A stretch of 64,000 bases of DNA. It comes from Bugula neritina. Taxonomy: Eukaryota > Animalia > Bryozoa. The notes beneath the pieces are model-generated. The model searched no databases, was not told the origin of the DNA, and saw only the letters and a list, made by a program, of their open reading frames with translations. The translations under genes and the position numbers were made by a program. Location of the stretch: the NCBI GenBank assembly GCA_964035545.1, contig OZ037766.1, positions 11,398,722 through 11,462,721 on the forward strand, in the 5' to 3' direction. Below are positions 1-13,690 of the stretch, piece after piece. Every line of letters starts with the position of its first letter. Position 1 is the stretch's first letter.

Positions 1-591
1 CATATTCATAGAGACGCTTATACTAAATCTAATAATGATACTGACAGTTATTATTTCATAGCAGCAAAAGTGTAACTCTTACATATTGTAACTTGGTATG
101 GATAAAATGCTTTCTTATATAAAACCTAACCACATTAGCTAATAATTCACTTGCTCCTAAATTGTTTTTATCCCTATACAAGTATAGAATAGGGAAATGA
201 AATTACATCTATTTGGGAAAAATAGACCTGGTGTAATTTAAGTGAAAAAGCAACTTGCAAAGAATTTAAGCGGTCATAAACACTACTCTGACCGATTTTT
301 ATGAAAAGCAAAATTGGAAATTCAAATTTTTATAGGTATAAGTCTATAAAAATAAAACTTGCCAGACTTAGATCAACCAACTTTAAAAGTTATAATATAT
401 TTTTTTAATATATTAGGTTAGTCATTTTTAAAATAAAATATTATGATTCATTGGTTTACTGATTTATTACATATTACAGACATGAAAACATATTGTGAAA
501 TTTAGTGTTAATACTGGCCTTAAGAAGTAAATATGAATAAATATGGAAACAAGTCAAGGACTCTCTAGGATTATTTAAAATAAAATTTCAT

Positions 592-1014
592 TTAAAGTAG
601 GTACAAGGTGGCGTACAAAACCATCTTTGCCCCATGCCCCTCTACATGTAATGGTTCGATGCTTTCCAAATGGTTATCGTCTTCTATGTATTTGATGGCA
701 AGTGCTTTAGTTAGTTTCTGAATATTTAAATCTATGTCATGATACTCAATGCCAAGTTTAGAGCAATCTTTGAAAATCTTTCTGATGGAAGAATTTTCAG
801 CGTGAATGGTTAGGATTTTAGTATATATTAAATTTGATAATCTATATATGGCCCTAATTCTAATAACTTTATTGATAAAGCTCATTATTATTATGTGAAC
901 TTCATTGAGTGGTAGCTGTTCCATTAACTGGTCCAGGCTTGGTTCTCTCTTTATGTAGGAAAACTTTTTTCTCGTTGTAACTTCGAAAATGTCAGTAAAG
1001 TCAACTAGCTGCAT
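592..1014 (-). CDS. Hypothetical 140-aa ORF antisense and upstream of the CK1 coding start
   Basis: Longest non-repetitive unexplained ORF in very AT-rich DNA; globular-like composition; no recognised motif. Confidence 0.3.
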   Translation of the reverse strand: MQLVDFTDIFEVTTRKKFSYIKREPSLDQLMEQLPLNEVHIIIMSFINKVIRIRAIYRLSNLIYTKILTIHAENSSIRKIFKDCSKLGIEYHDIDLNIQKLTKALAIKYIEDDNHLESIEPLHVEGHGAKMVLYATLYLL

Positions 1015-1261
1015 TATTAGCTATACCATTTATTAATTTATATACTCACCCGATATTAATTAAAGAATGCCGACACTCTCAAGATCCAAGTTATTACATG
1101 TGACAGACAGTCTTTGTTTTCTCATCTGGCACAGTTGTCTTGGGCTTAAAATGTTGATTGGTTGAGTTTAAGTATTTTGTTGCTTCTTTTACAGATCATA
1201 TAAATTTCTAAGCGCCGGGTCGTTTTTGAAATTTGAGGAACTGTCGTAGCTTATATTTTCA

Positions 1262-4200
1262 ATGGAGTTGAGGGTTGGGAATAAATACAGGCTGGGCAGA
1301 AAAATTGGCAGTGGTTCTTTTGGAGACATTTATCTAGGTGAGTGGAACAGAGTAATTATAAGTCAAAAGTTTTCTGCAGTTAAAATTAATAGTATCACTA
1401 TGGTGCAAAAAATTCTTTCAGCTCACCATCAGCTGTTATATATACGCAACTGTGATGTAATAATTTAATTTATCTTAGTTCTTGGTATACTTTAAAGCAA
1501 TTATTAATTGAACATATAATTTTTACATAAGTATTTGGGTTGTTTAGGTACAGATGTATCCACAGGAGAAGAAGTTGGCGTGAAACTAGAGTGTGTTAAA
1601 CTTAAACACCCACAGCTTCACATTGAAAGCAAAATCTATCGAATTCTTCAGGGAGGAGGTACTTTTGCCATATAGCAAATTAAGCATTAAAAATATAATT
1701 CAGCTCAAAAACTCTCCATGTATGCAAACCATTGCCCCAAAAGGTGGAAAGTAATTTTGCTCTACTTGAAGTATTCCAACAAAAATGAGTATCTTCTAAA
1801 AATTATCAAATTTGATTTGTCTACAGCTTTTTTGAAAATTCCTTTAAATTAAGTTGGCAAATATAGTAGTTGTGTGAACATCTGCATGCCCAGCCCATAA
1901 TATAACAAAAAGGAATGTAATATTGTTTGTGGTTTGTAACTGGGGAGGAATAATGGATACAGCCCCTTAAGCCTCAATGGGAACTTGTGTAACATTAATA
2001 GTCAGCCAAAATTATGTAATTATTGTAGCCAGATATTGATTTATCCCATATTCTATATCAGATGCATTATGTGAATGATTCTAAATATAAAGTATAAATC
2101 ATAGATAACCCAACATCAGCCCTCACTGACTCAATGGTCAGAATCCTGATGTACTCCTTTGTAGCACCAACTCTCACCTCTTGTATTTGTCTTGTAGCTT
2201 ACTTGTAGACATGGTGTGTTAGCCAAGTATATCTTTCTTTTTAAGTCCTAGTTTTATTAAAAAAAAATTGAGGTTTGTCAATGCAACTATGTTCGCTAAA
2301 AGAATCTTGTATAGAAATATTGTAGAATAACATTAAAGGTATTTTAGTGATTTCACTTGTTCTCACATACTTTCATATAGTAAGTAATACTCTTTGACTA
2401 TAGTTTCTAGTTTATGTCCTGTCTTTTCCGCAATGTCTACAAGTCCCATATGTAATTATATGCATGTAGTATATATATATATATGAGCTGTGCCGTCAAT
2501 ATTGATTTTTGTGTTGCCAAGTTATTACAGTTTATAATCAGTACATTCACATAGACATACACACTATTTACATAACTATAGTTGGTCAAATTGCTTAACA
2601 ATATACTTTACACGCTAGCAATAATCCCTGTCACATTTCCTTCTAGTTGGAATTCCTGCAATCAAGTGGTGTGGAGCAGAGGGTGACTACAATGTCATGG
2701 TCATGGAACTACTAGGTCCAAGTCTTGAAGATCTATTCAACTACTGCAACAGAAAATTTAGCTTAAAAACAGCTTTATTGTTAGCAGATCAACTGGCAAG
2801 TGTTAACTAAGCCATCGTATTCATTCACTTTTCTTGATATTAAATAATCTTTATCAATGAGCTTTTCCATGTCCTTTTCTGTTTAGGAAAGATAAAATTT
2901 AAAAGATAGATGGTGGTGGATTGGAGAAACCATGTTAATGATTGTCGTGCATTTAATACATCTTGCAGGTTTTCTATTGTTGAAAATCTTAAGAGTTTTG
3001 GTTTTATAAGCATGATGGTAGCTGATTTTACAGATGCATAGAAAATGGGTGAAAATCATAAGTAGGTGCATTAGTAGTTGCATGTCACAGCTTGTGGAAA
3101 CTTTTGGAATAATATTATAAATTACGAAATTTTGCTTTGAAAAAGGGTTTTGTTTTTCAAAATTTCCAATTCTCCAATTACAGATAGCAAACTTTGTATT
3201 GTTATGCAACATTGAAATTGATAGTTGAGTATGGCAGAGCTTTTCAAAGCTGTGTGTTTTCTGCAGAACATCTCTATATACCTGTGTAAAGAGCAATTTG
3301 CTGTACCTACCTTAGGTCTGAGTGCACTAAACAAAAATAAACTCAGATTTTGGGCTAAATTTAATAATTTAGATTTAAAATATTTGTCTGTCTAATAAAA
3401 AATTACTTCCCATTTTAATAATTTAAATTTAAACCCGTAAGTGTTGAAATTCACAAATTACATTACTTGGTTTTTCTTTTCTAGAATTACAGTAAATTTC
3501 TAAAAATTACTGTTCAATTAACAGAAACACTCCTTCTTTTAGCTTGTCTTTGGTCTATTTATTATCTCTTGAAATCATTTGTTGGGAGTTTGACCAGTTT
3601 TTAGATACATAGACCAAAGTATTTGTAGTTGTAAATGATAAAGTTGGAGTTATTTTCACTATATATAATGGTGTACATACCTAGATATCGTTTGTAAATC
3701 AAAAATTTCTTAATACTTGACATTCAAACTTCATTGAAAAGCAGTAAACTCAGCATAAAATTACAGAAAGTTTTCATTTGTTGTGGCCTTTCATAAATAC
3801 ATGTTTAAATTATTTCATAGACTGAAAGTTACATATTATACGTTTTGTATGGGCTCATGAAACTCACTTGGCTGAATTCCAGAATTCTTTTATTAGTTGA
3901 AAATTGTTATAGTTTGATATAGCTATGTGGCTTCTCTTCGCATGGTAACTTTTGGTATTGAAAATTTTTTTGCCAATTGAATTTATCTTTATATACATGT
4001 TAACAAGTTTATATGAATAGCGAAATGCCAACTAACTGTGCTATACTGTTTATATTGTAGATCAGTCGTATCGAATATATCCACTCTAAGAACTTCATAC
4101 ACAGAGACATTAAACCAGATAATTTTCTAATGGGCCTTGGGAAGAAAGGCAATCTAGTATATATTATTGACTTTGGATTAGCTAAGAAATATAGAGATAG

Positions 4201-6355
4201 TAGGACACACCAGCATATAGCTTACAGAGAGAACAAAAACCTTACTGGGACAGCAAGATATGCCAGTGTGAACACACATCTTGGTATCGGTATGTGCAAC
4301 TTCTAGCGTTGTTGAAATGGTTTTTAATGCTTGTCCGTCCGTATGAAGGGAGATAGGAATCGTGGATGTGTGTTTACTAGCATCTCTTATGTCAAGTCAG
4401 CTCTATAAAAACCATAAATATTTAGCCCCCTGGTTGTGCTGCAGGGGTGTTCTGATTTAAGTATTTCATTGACTGCACAAGTGTTGAGAATAAAAAAGTG
4501 CAGTAGTACCAGTAATTAGGCATTATAGTATAATAGTAAATTATAGTAACTATGTAAGCACAGTAACTAGTTAAAATGATAGGTGGAGTGCAATATGTGT
4601 TAGAGTTTTTGTTGAATGAATTTTATGTATTTTTGCAGAGCAAAGCAGAAGAGATGACATGGAGTCATTAGGGTATGTCCTCATGTATTTCCTGCGGGGA
4701 AGTTTACCATGGCAAGGGTTGAAGGCCGCGACCAAACGGCAAAAATATGAAAGAATCAGTGAAAAGAAAATGGCTACTCCGATAGAGGAATTGAGCAAAG
4801 GATTTCCGTGTACGTATTCTCTATCATTTATATTCCATGTACTATTCATGTCAGCATGTTCTAGATACATGTAGCCAATAGATAAAAAGTTAGCAGTTTT
4901 CAATTTTGTAGACATATTTTTATTCCCTTACTCTGTTATTGTAGCTGAATTCACCACTTATCTTAACTTTTGCCGATCTCTGAGGTTTGATGACAAGCCT
5001 GATTATAGTTACTTACGACAGCTGTTTAGGAATTTGTTCCATCGTCATGGTTACACATATGACTACATATTTGACTGGAATATGCTGAAATTCGTAAGTT
5101 TGATACTACTCCACTACTACTGCTACTACTACTACTACCACTACTACTGCTACTGTTACTACTACTACTACTACTACCACTAGCTATTAATACTACTGCC
5201 ACTAGTACTACTACGACTGCTACTAATACTGCTACTAGTACTACTATTACTACTACTACGACTCCATTATTACTACTACTACCATTACCACTACTACTAC
5301 TGCTACTAGTAACACTACTACTACTACTACCACTAGCTACTAATACTACTGCGACTAGTACTACTACGACTGCTGATGCTACTACTACGACTGCTGATGC
5401 TACTACAACCACTACTGCTACTATTACTACTACTACGACTCCAGTATTACTACTACTACTACTACCACTACTACCACTACTACCACTGTCATTATAATTG
5501 CAGGCTGGAGGAGCCCCTCCTGCCTCAGGAATCCCAGAAGCCACAGGTTCCAGACAAGTGCACAGCTCCATGACTCGACCTCACGGAACAGCTGCTGGTG
5601 GCAGACAGCTCACTTCCACCAACCCCATGCAGAACGGTATCTTACTATGACAATTCAATCACTTTGACTTTCCTGGCTAGACTAAAACACCGATTTTTAA
5701 TCTTATTGGCTTGGAATGTTCAACCCTGCTTTTTTCATCACAAATTATATGAATAATGAGTGGAAATACGGATTAAACCGACATACTATTTGATTCATTT
5801 AGCTAAACTGAAAAACATTTTCTTAATATATTCAACTGTTATATACAAGTCATCTTAGAACTTATAAGGAATCGTGTATTGCAATTTGCAGCAAGCTTCT
5901 TTTTCGCTATGATTTTACTTGTTAAGTATTAGTTCAATTAACTGCTTTGCAGTTCTTATTCGTTCTGTTCACCGGCAGAATGGTAAGACCTGTTGAATGG
6001 TAAATCATATGTTAGAGAAGTACTTGATTACGCAGGAGTAAACAGATTAATAGTTCTGCAATTTTTAACTGATAGATGATTTAGATTACTGATTACCCAG
6101 TTGTGTAACTATTGTGTGGATTTTACACGATATGCATCAACTGTTCTATTTCAATACATAATCGAGTCATGATTATTCTACAAACTTTGAATTTGTATGA
6201 TGTGTGTTGAAGGCATGGCCCCTGATTTTGCTAGAGAAGCCACAAGGATGACGTCAGGTCAAACATCTGCCGGACTAATGAGTAACAGTCTAAGAAGACG
6301 AAGTAAAGAAGATGGAATGGTTACCAGGTCCAAGTCAAGGATGATGAGAAAGTGA
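1262..6355 (+). CDS. CSNK1D: Casein kinase I delta/epsilon-like kinase. Coding exons 1262-1337, 1548-1658, 2647-2795, 4061-4289, 4639-4809, 4945-5093, 5504-5636, (optional 5953-5982), 6213-6355; ~386-396 aa
   Basis: Spliced translation gives [80 protein letters not shown] and FDWNMLKF, all hallmark CK1delta/epsilon motifs. Splice phases are consistent through to the TGA at 6353-6355. Delta versus epsilon cannot be resolved in an invertebrate. Confidence 0.96.
5103..5487. repeat. Degenerate (CTA/ACT)n trinucleotide microsatellite filling CK1 intron 6
   Basis: About 385 bp of actactact.. with cca/gct variants between the donor at 5094 and the acceptor at 5503. Confidence 0.95.
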
Positions 6356-9077
6356 CCTCCCACTAACGTTGTTGTCCAGTTTATAAAGCGTGAGGCATAC
6401 AGAATTTTTGCTCAACGACAGCCCTTTCAATCTCAAATATGCTTGGATTGAAGACTGTGATAGCCAAGCTAACATTTTGTTAAAATTCAATGTCCAATTG
6501 GTACCTTTTCTGTAACAACTTTGAACTAATCTGTTCATAAATATATCCTCTGCCTATTTGCAAGGAGTAACCCAGTTTTCTATTGTTGCAGGTATACTGC
6601 TTTTAACCGTTTGTTTTACTTCACATGTAATTTTGTATATTTTATTTTTGCTTAGCTTTTCATACACATGTATATAGTTCAAGTTGGCTTTAAACATAAA
6701 AATGACTGTATTTTCCTATGCTTCACCAGACGTAAGGGTTGCATACTTCTATTGTTTAGGTATTTTAACTTGTGTTTGCTATTATTCTGATGAAGAGTTC
6801 TTCAAATGCAACTCCTTACTCCTTATACACACAATATCTTTCCGTACTCTAAATATATTACATAAAATCTACTATTATTGAATTGTCCTATTTGTATCAT
6901 TATAGATGATAAAGTCTGTGAAATTTTGTGTTACTTATTTATGCGTTCACTTTATAGCTTCACCAATTAATGTCTTTATTTCTTCACTTGTATTTATTCA
7001 ATCAGTAAGATTTTTGTATAAAATATATTTACTAAATTTGTTAACCAGGTATGCTGTTGTGTGGAAGCTAGTATATCTTAGAGCAGGATAAAGTCACGAA
7101 GCAATGGGCATTTAAACACTTTTAAATCAAATTATGTGACATTTTTAACAACACCAACAAAGTTGCAAATCTCAGGCCATGACTTGAGTAGTTTATTGAT
7201 GTAAATTCTAATGGACTTGCAAGTGTCTGAGGAATCAATGTATAGTGCTGTCGGAAAGTTATTTATTTTTGAAGAAATTATTCATTATTAATGGATGAGT
7301 AGCTACTATAATACTACAATGTGTCTCAGCTGGTTTTATAGTTATTAATATTCAGTTATCTTTCCTTGCTATGCATATAGAGAGGACAACTATAATTCAA
7401 GTACATCTAGCTATCGTATACAAAGTGAAGTGTAGGTATGACCTGTATGATAACTATAAATACTATATAATATTTGTGTGTTGGTGTGCATACAGACAGA
7501 AGAACATTAAAATGAGCTCTACAGTGTACATAGAGAGGAATTTTGAGCCTCTGAAATGGAATATATTTTATCGGTGTTGTGAATGAGTGGATAAATTATG
7601 AATATGTTTATAGTGAGTGCTCAGCCCAAGATCCTAAGCTTCAGAGCACCACCAGATAGGTACCCTAACCTGGAGGTTCAACTCTGCCTACGGATTAAGA
7701 CAGGAGTTGGAGCTACCTTGCAGCTAAGCCAAGCAACATGTATCAATACATCAACCCCTTAGCTAAGTTTTTTATTTAAAAATGTGCGCTTAATGCTAAC
7801 TAAAGTATGTTGCTCGTACTACAAGAAAACAATGTATAATTTTAAGGAAATAAGCAGTTAAAGGTTGCGATAACGAATGTAATTCACGTGTGTGTGCATG
7901 TGTGCGCGTGTACCTATATAGGCTGTAATATACATATATGTGTGGAAATTATTAATTTACTTATATTACTCATTTATAGATATTACACTTGTGCATATAT
8001 ATTAATAAATTATAATTGCACAGCTACATTTGCAATATGTGAAAGGAAATTAATTATTTTGTGAAGTTTTTCAAGATAAAAAAATATTCCAAGTATATTA
8101 TCTCTTTTTACCAATAGCAGTTGGTGCTAACAATAAGTATGCCAATTTTTTACTGTACTAAGTTGGAGGCAAATTTCTCTTACTTATATATTTAAATAAA
8201 CTAAGAGGTTAACAATGACGTCATATCAATGAGTCAATTCCGTTGTTATGTAAAATCTCAGGATTATAACCACTATTGTGAAATGAATATATTATGTATA
8301 AACATATCTTAAAACCTATATATATATATGATGAATTGTTATTGCAAAGCATAGAAAATCAATGTGTTATTGCAAGCCCAAGTATATTTTTGGAAGCAGT
8401 AGGCGACTACAATTTTATTATAATATAGGCAATAAAAAACTTGAAATAGTTTTCCCCATTATTGCTTTTTTTTACAGTACCAAGTTGTAATTTATATTCC
8501 ATAAGATATAAATGCTATTAAACTTATAACTGGACTTATTTTTGAAAGGTGATGTGATTGATGAAACTTTACTTCCTGAATGAAAAGCTCATTTTTATAT
8601 GTTTAAAAGGCCATATAGCCTACATCTGGCAAATCTTTTGACATTTCCTGCTAAATAGATTTTCATTTTCCCAGATTATTTTGCATAAATATTCTGCTTC
8701 TTAGTTGTGCTCTTTGTGTGCATTTTCTAAAATGTCTTAAGTAGCTTCGAGATGTATGGTCTTTTACTGCAGCTCAGGTTGTCAAACATAAGTCCTAAAA
8801 GCTTAGAACTACTAAATGTCTACTGCCGCTGATGAAGAAATGAAGTTCACAGCAGTTTCATGAAATTGGATCAAGCCATTCCAATAAAACAAGTCTGCAT
8901 ACTTGAAGTAACTTATAAAGCTCTGCTCTTTCTCAATTAAAATTAAAATTTTATTGTTCTAACAGACTGTATAGAAAGTGTAACAAAACAAAAAACATTA
9001 CAAAATAAAAACAATAAAAATGCATAGAAACACAAACATAGAGAAAGTGACTATAAAATTACTCTTGGTAGAATTTC

Positions 9078-11140
9078 TTATCTTTGACGCCTCAGTCTAG
9101 GAAGTTGGTTATTAGTAACTTGAGTCATGACAACCAAAGCAAGAATATCAATACATGCTATACAACCATACCAAGAGAAACCAGAAATATTTCTTTTTGC
9201 CCAATTAGACCACATAGACAAGTTCAAAACCAAAGTAATAAGCGTATAATTAAGAAGACCAAATGTTGCATGATAAACTTTAGCCTGTGCCAATGTAGCA
9301 AATTTCTTGATAAGAATTGGGTACTGCAGACCAATGCCAGCCACCGCTTGGACAGCGCAGGATATGGTGGCAATGAGCCCTAAAAGGCCATGCCAAGTTG
9401 TAAAATGCTGCTTTCCTCGATCAGCTTTACTGATATATATTATAATAAAGCCACCAACACCACATACAACAGCCAAGACTTGCAGAATCCAGTGAGATCT
9501 AACTTGCCATTTTCTATCTCCACGAATTAAAGAGCTTTGCTGAGAAAACATCAGTATTGCTTCAGTCATAAACAGCACAAACTACAAATTAAATAAGAAT
9601 ACATAAATTATACGTGAAGAGCCTTTCAAGGTTTCAAAATATACTTTTCATAACTTGAAACGAATAAAACTATAAATTCAATTAACTCATAACCTTGAAA
9701 AAACACTCATATTTATGTTGTGGAGCCATTTTTATATGAAAATAGAACAAAATAAGCCTGCCATAAATTACATAAATTATGATTTATGCAAAGTTTCCAA
9801 ACACCTATAATGCATCAATGAATTATATGAACTAAAATTTCAGAGAACTTAGACAAATTTCTTATCTAACCTCTTAGTATACAAATGCTCTCCAATTAGT
9901 ATTAGAAACAAAACACCTTGGCAGATTAAATTAAAATGGTACAAACGTAGCTTAGTTTTATGTAATAACTCTTTGTGACTCAATTTTGAATTTTTATCTG
10001 CATAAGGTTTTATTTATCTCAAATAATCCATATTGCCTAGGTTTTCTAAGGCCATTCTAATTCTCTAAGGGTTGAGAAGTATGCCATTTTCATTTAAAAT
10101 GTGGTCTAGGAATTTAATCTCAGATTTATATAATTCTCACTTCTCACTGTTGAAATAGGATAAATGCATAAAAAGAGGACTTATAACAAGTTTGTCACAA
10201 CTAAACTTTGGTTTTACAGATAAAAACTAAGTCAGCAGAAAGAAACACAGTTTTATGTTTAAAAACCCGCAATAAAATAATATATTTGTTTTCTAAGATA
10301 CTAGGTAATAAGATATGTAATATACAATGTTTCAACATTCAAAGATCTCAAAGCTAAACACAAAATTGGTTACTTATATATTTATTCAAATAAGGCGTAA
10401 AGTAGAGGCTAAAGCTTGTAGCTAACATGGAGAGAAAATTACATATATGCATATTAAAGATGTGGATATTGCACTTACCCCAAGAGTCATAAGAACCGGG
10501 TGCCATGAGAAAAAATCTGTAAACAGTACAACAAAAATGCGGTGGTTTATGACCAATCACTCACCCACACAACAAATTAATAAAAGGCAAAGCTTATTTC
10601 AGATTTTATATAATTTATAAAAATAGCAGTGTTTTATTTTATTGTCAGAATGAATGTTTTGAGTTTGAGTTTTAAAAAAGAATTTTTTTAAAGACTCATT
10701 AACCAACTGAAAAAAGCAAATCTATGATTACTTAATAGCATTAATTTACAGATTTTTCACTGAAAGTAAAAAAAATGTAAAATTAAGATTGGAAATGATG
10801 ATTCGGTACTGGTCAAACTCAAGTCTGTTCTACAAAGGAACAGAATTAACTGTTATGCAACAGAAAAACATGATTATATAAAATCTTTAATCATGGAAAA
10901 TAGCAAGTGACTATTGCACTTGCTTATTAAATGGTGAAAAACTGATTAGAGCTTTTTTGTATCTATTTTAAAGCTTAATTAAAAACTAAACTTACTTGAT
11001 CCAGGCACCGCAGTATACACCATAAAGGTGGTAAAAAGGAAAACGGCAAAATGAGCAACCATAGCTGCAAACAATGCTCTTCTATTGGAGTATGAAGCCA
11101 AGTCTTTTTTGATCGGTTGCTCTTCTAAATCTTCCAACAT
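9078..11140 (-). CDS. CYB561D2: Cytochrome b561 domain-containing transmembrane reductase (CYB561D1/D2 family). Exons 11140-10996, 10516-10479, 9581-9078; ~228 aa
   Basis: Spliced protein reads MLEDLEEQP..AHFAVFLFTTFMVYTAVPGSNFFSWHPVLMTLGFVLFMTEAILMFS..HWILQ..HFTTWHGLLGL..YHATFGL, with the four heme-ligand His motifs of the b561 D family. Introns are GT-AG and in phase. Confidence 0.9.
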
Positions 11141-12449
11141 TTAAGTCCTAGCAGTAGTATATTAACATTATTATAATCAATATAACTCTAGAGTAATAGG
11201 GTTTTGGAAATATTGAAAGTCGAAAATTTAGCACATAAAAGATAAAAACCAGAGCATGAGTTTCTTACATTTCTCACATTTCAAATAGTCCATATTTTAG
11301 TGAATGACTATATAACTGTCGTAAGAAGTTGATTGTTTAGTGGAGTCCAGTAAATTTATTAAATGAATCAACAGAACTGTGATATTAGCTATCAACGCAA
11401 TTGTATCACTATAGAAATCTCAAAACACTTCACAATATTGTTATTTATATTTTCATTATCAGTAGTACCATTTATTAGAAATGAAAATTAACATATGTGT
11501 TGAACCATATTTTAGTACCTGATGATAAATTTTTTTGAAAAAGTCAATTTAACTTCTAATCAAATCAAAAATTTATAATTTTATTTTAGTTAAACGACAA
11601 ATACCATAATCTTATTAAATCTTATTGAATCATTGTTGTTTTACGTGCAGCTTGATTCAGTTCTTATCTGTGTCTCCATTGCATTGATGAAGTTCAGTTT
11701 GGCACTCAAAGCAACTGATCTCAAATTGGTTTTAAAGTAAAAATCCCAATTGTCCTTGTGCGTAACTGTTACCACAAGCCTGCTAGCCTACGCTTTAAAC
11801 CCTTAGACTTTTGAAACTTACTTGGAAATTTTCTTTCAGAGTTTGGCAATTTCAAATAGCAAAAATTTAAATAAAATTTTGACTGAAGCTATAAAAACAG
11901 ATTAATCCAGAATTTAAGGCTAATTTTCAACATAAACTATAAAAAAAATACACTTGAGTGAAATTCCCACTTTAATTTAGGTTTACCAAGACTAGTAGAG
12001 CATAACTGAAAACCTAAAAGTATATAATAACGGTTATGATTGATATGAATACAAAATTAAAATCAATATTAATATACATACCTATAGGCTATAACTATAG
12101 TCTATGGTCATGGACTATAATTATTGTCAAAACCATAGGAATAAGTATACAGGCTCTAATGACAAACTCGAAATATAATTAGTAAATGTGATCACTGAAT
12201 TATCAGTAAGGTGACAATCAAAATGGCAAACTCCCAAGCTTATCTCCGTCAGTATCAGTATAGCAATATAAATATCAGCATCACCCTGATCCCGTCCCTA
12301 GGCCCAGGCCTCTGGCTACAAGTTCAGTACAACTACAACTATGAACTTGAACTTACACCAACAGTAACTTCAACTATTACTTACACACAATTACTATATT
12401 TTAAAAGTTTAAATAATACTTATACTAATAGGTAAACTATTACTCGTAC

Positions 12450-12875
12450 TTGGATTAACCCCCCTGCAAAACAGGCGCAAAGACCTACGACTTAGTCTCT
12501 TGATGCGGATCCTGGCCAAAGAGGAATATCATCCTTCACTCTCAAAATCATATGAACACCTCATGGACCAGCCCAATACATCAGTTACCACCAGGTCCCA
12601 GTCAAATGGCATGCCCACCACTTTCAGGACTAACACCTCACTATTTCATAACAGCTTCCTACCCAGAACAATACGTGATATGAAAATAACATCAAATGCT
12701 GCTCACAGACAGGACTCATAAGGCCCTGTACTGACACCAAAGTCTTAAAACAGAACTGCACCTATGTGATAAAAGTATTAACTACATTTAATAATTCTGT
12801 TCACCAAACGAGGCACGTCGCTTACACTAATTTAGTGGTCTAACGTGATTGCATCTTCAAGTAAGTCAAGTAAGT
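12450..12875 (+). mobile_element. 5'-truncated non-LTR retrotransposon 3' end (CR1/L2-like LINE fragment)
   Basis: Frame reads LGLTPLQNRRKDLRLSLLMRI..TRSQ..FHNSFLPRTIRDMK, typical of the C-terminus of LINE ORF2. It is followed by a 3'UTR and a short tandem tail TCAAGTAAGTCAAGTAAG. No clear TSD. Confidence 0.7.
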
Positions 12876-13545
12876 TACACATACTCATAGGCCATAGTGA
12901 TACTGATAGTGATAATCATAATAATAATGGAATACTGATAAACATATTCATATTGATAGTAACCATCATACTCAGTCTTATGCTCATAGCCATAGATTTA
13001 GATTATCCCTACAGAGTCTTAACAGAGTGATACTGATAGTGATACGACTAAATCAAATAAATATAAATTAAAATATATTTTGAATTATAAATCATTAAAA
13101 ATAAATCAATTATCAGTATGAGTAACACTATGATTATCATTATTGATTATGAATATGATCAATATTATCACTATCAGTATCAATATCATTGATTGAATTT
13201 AAAATCAATGATTAAATTTAATTTTAAGTTAAAAATTAATTTGAATGTAAACGAAAAATAAATGACGAGGTGAAGATTAATGCAAAGTCCAGCAAGTAAT
13301 TTTAACGTTTAGACCTAAGAGATTTTTTGAATTGAAAATTTACTTAAATTATCATTATCCCAAATCAACTACAAGACAAATTTGAAATGCATAATTAACT
13401 TTGATTAATTCATTTACTTATTGGAGTTATTGCCATTTTGAGCTCTGGATTTTAAATGCGAGAAACTAAGCCAAGTGGCTTTGCAGGAAACAATAATAGT
13501 TGACAAAATGCATTGCTTAAGTCGCTATAAATTACAGAATGGCTT

Positions 13546-13690
13546 TATAAGCAGCTACAAGTTGGGGGTGACTGAGTGCAGTAGTTTGCAATTCTTGAGT
13601 TTGGAGTCATAGGTTTTTATAAACTCCAATTCTAAACTTGAGAACTACAAACTACTGCACTCAATCACCCCCAACTTGGAGCTGCTTATA
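13546..13690. mobile_element. Imperfect ~145-bp palindrome (MITE-like hairpin)
   Basis: Left arm TATAAGCAGCTACAAGTTGGGGGTGACTGAGTGCAGTAGTTTG pairs with right arm CAAACTACTGCACTCAATCACCCCCAACTTGGAGCTGCTTATA; both ends are TATA. Confidence 0.7.

Noticed and set aside
5026-5573. 181-aa and 65-aa ORFs rich in Ser/Val or Leu/Tyr
   Set aside because: Translations of the intronic (CTA)n microsatellite overlapping CK1 exons
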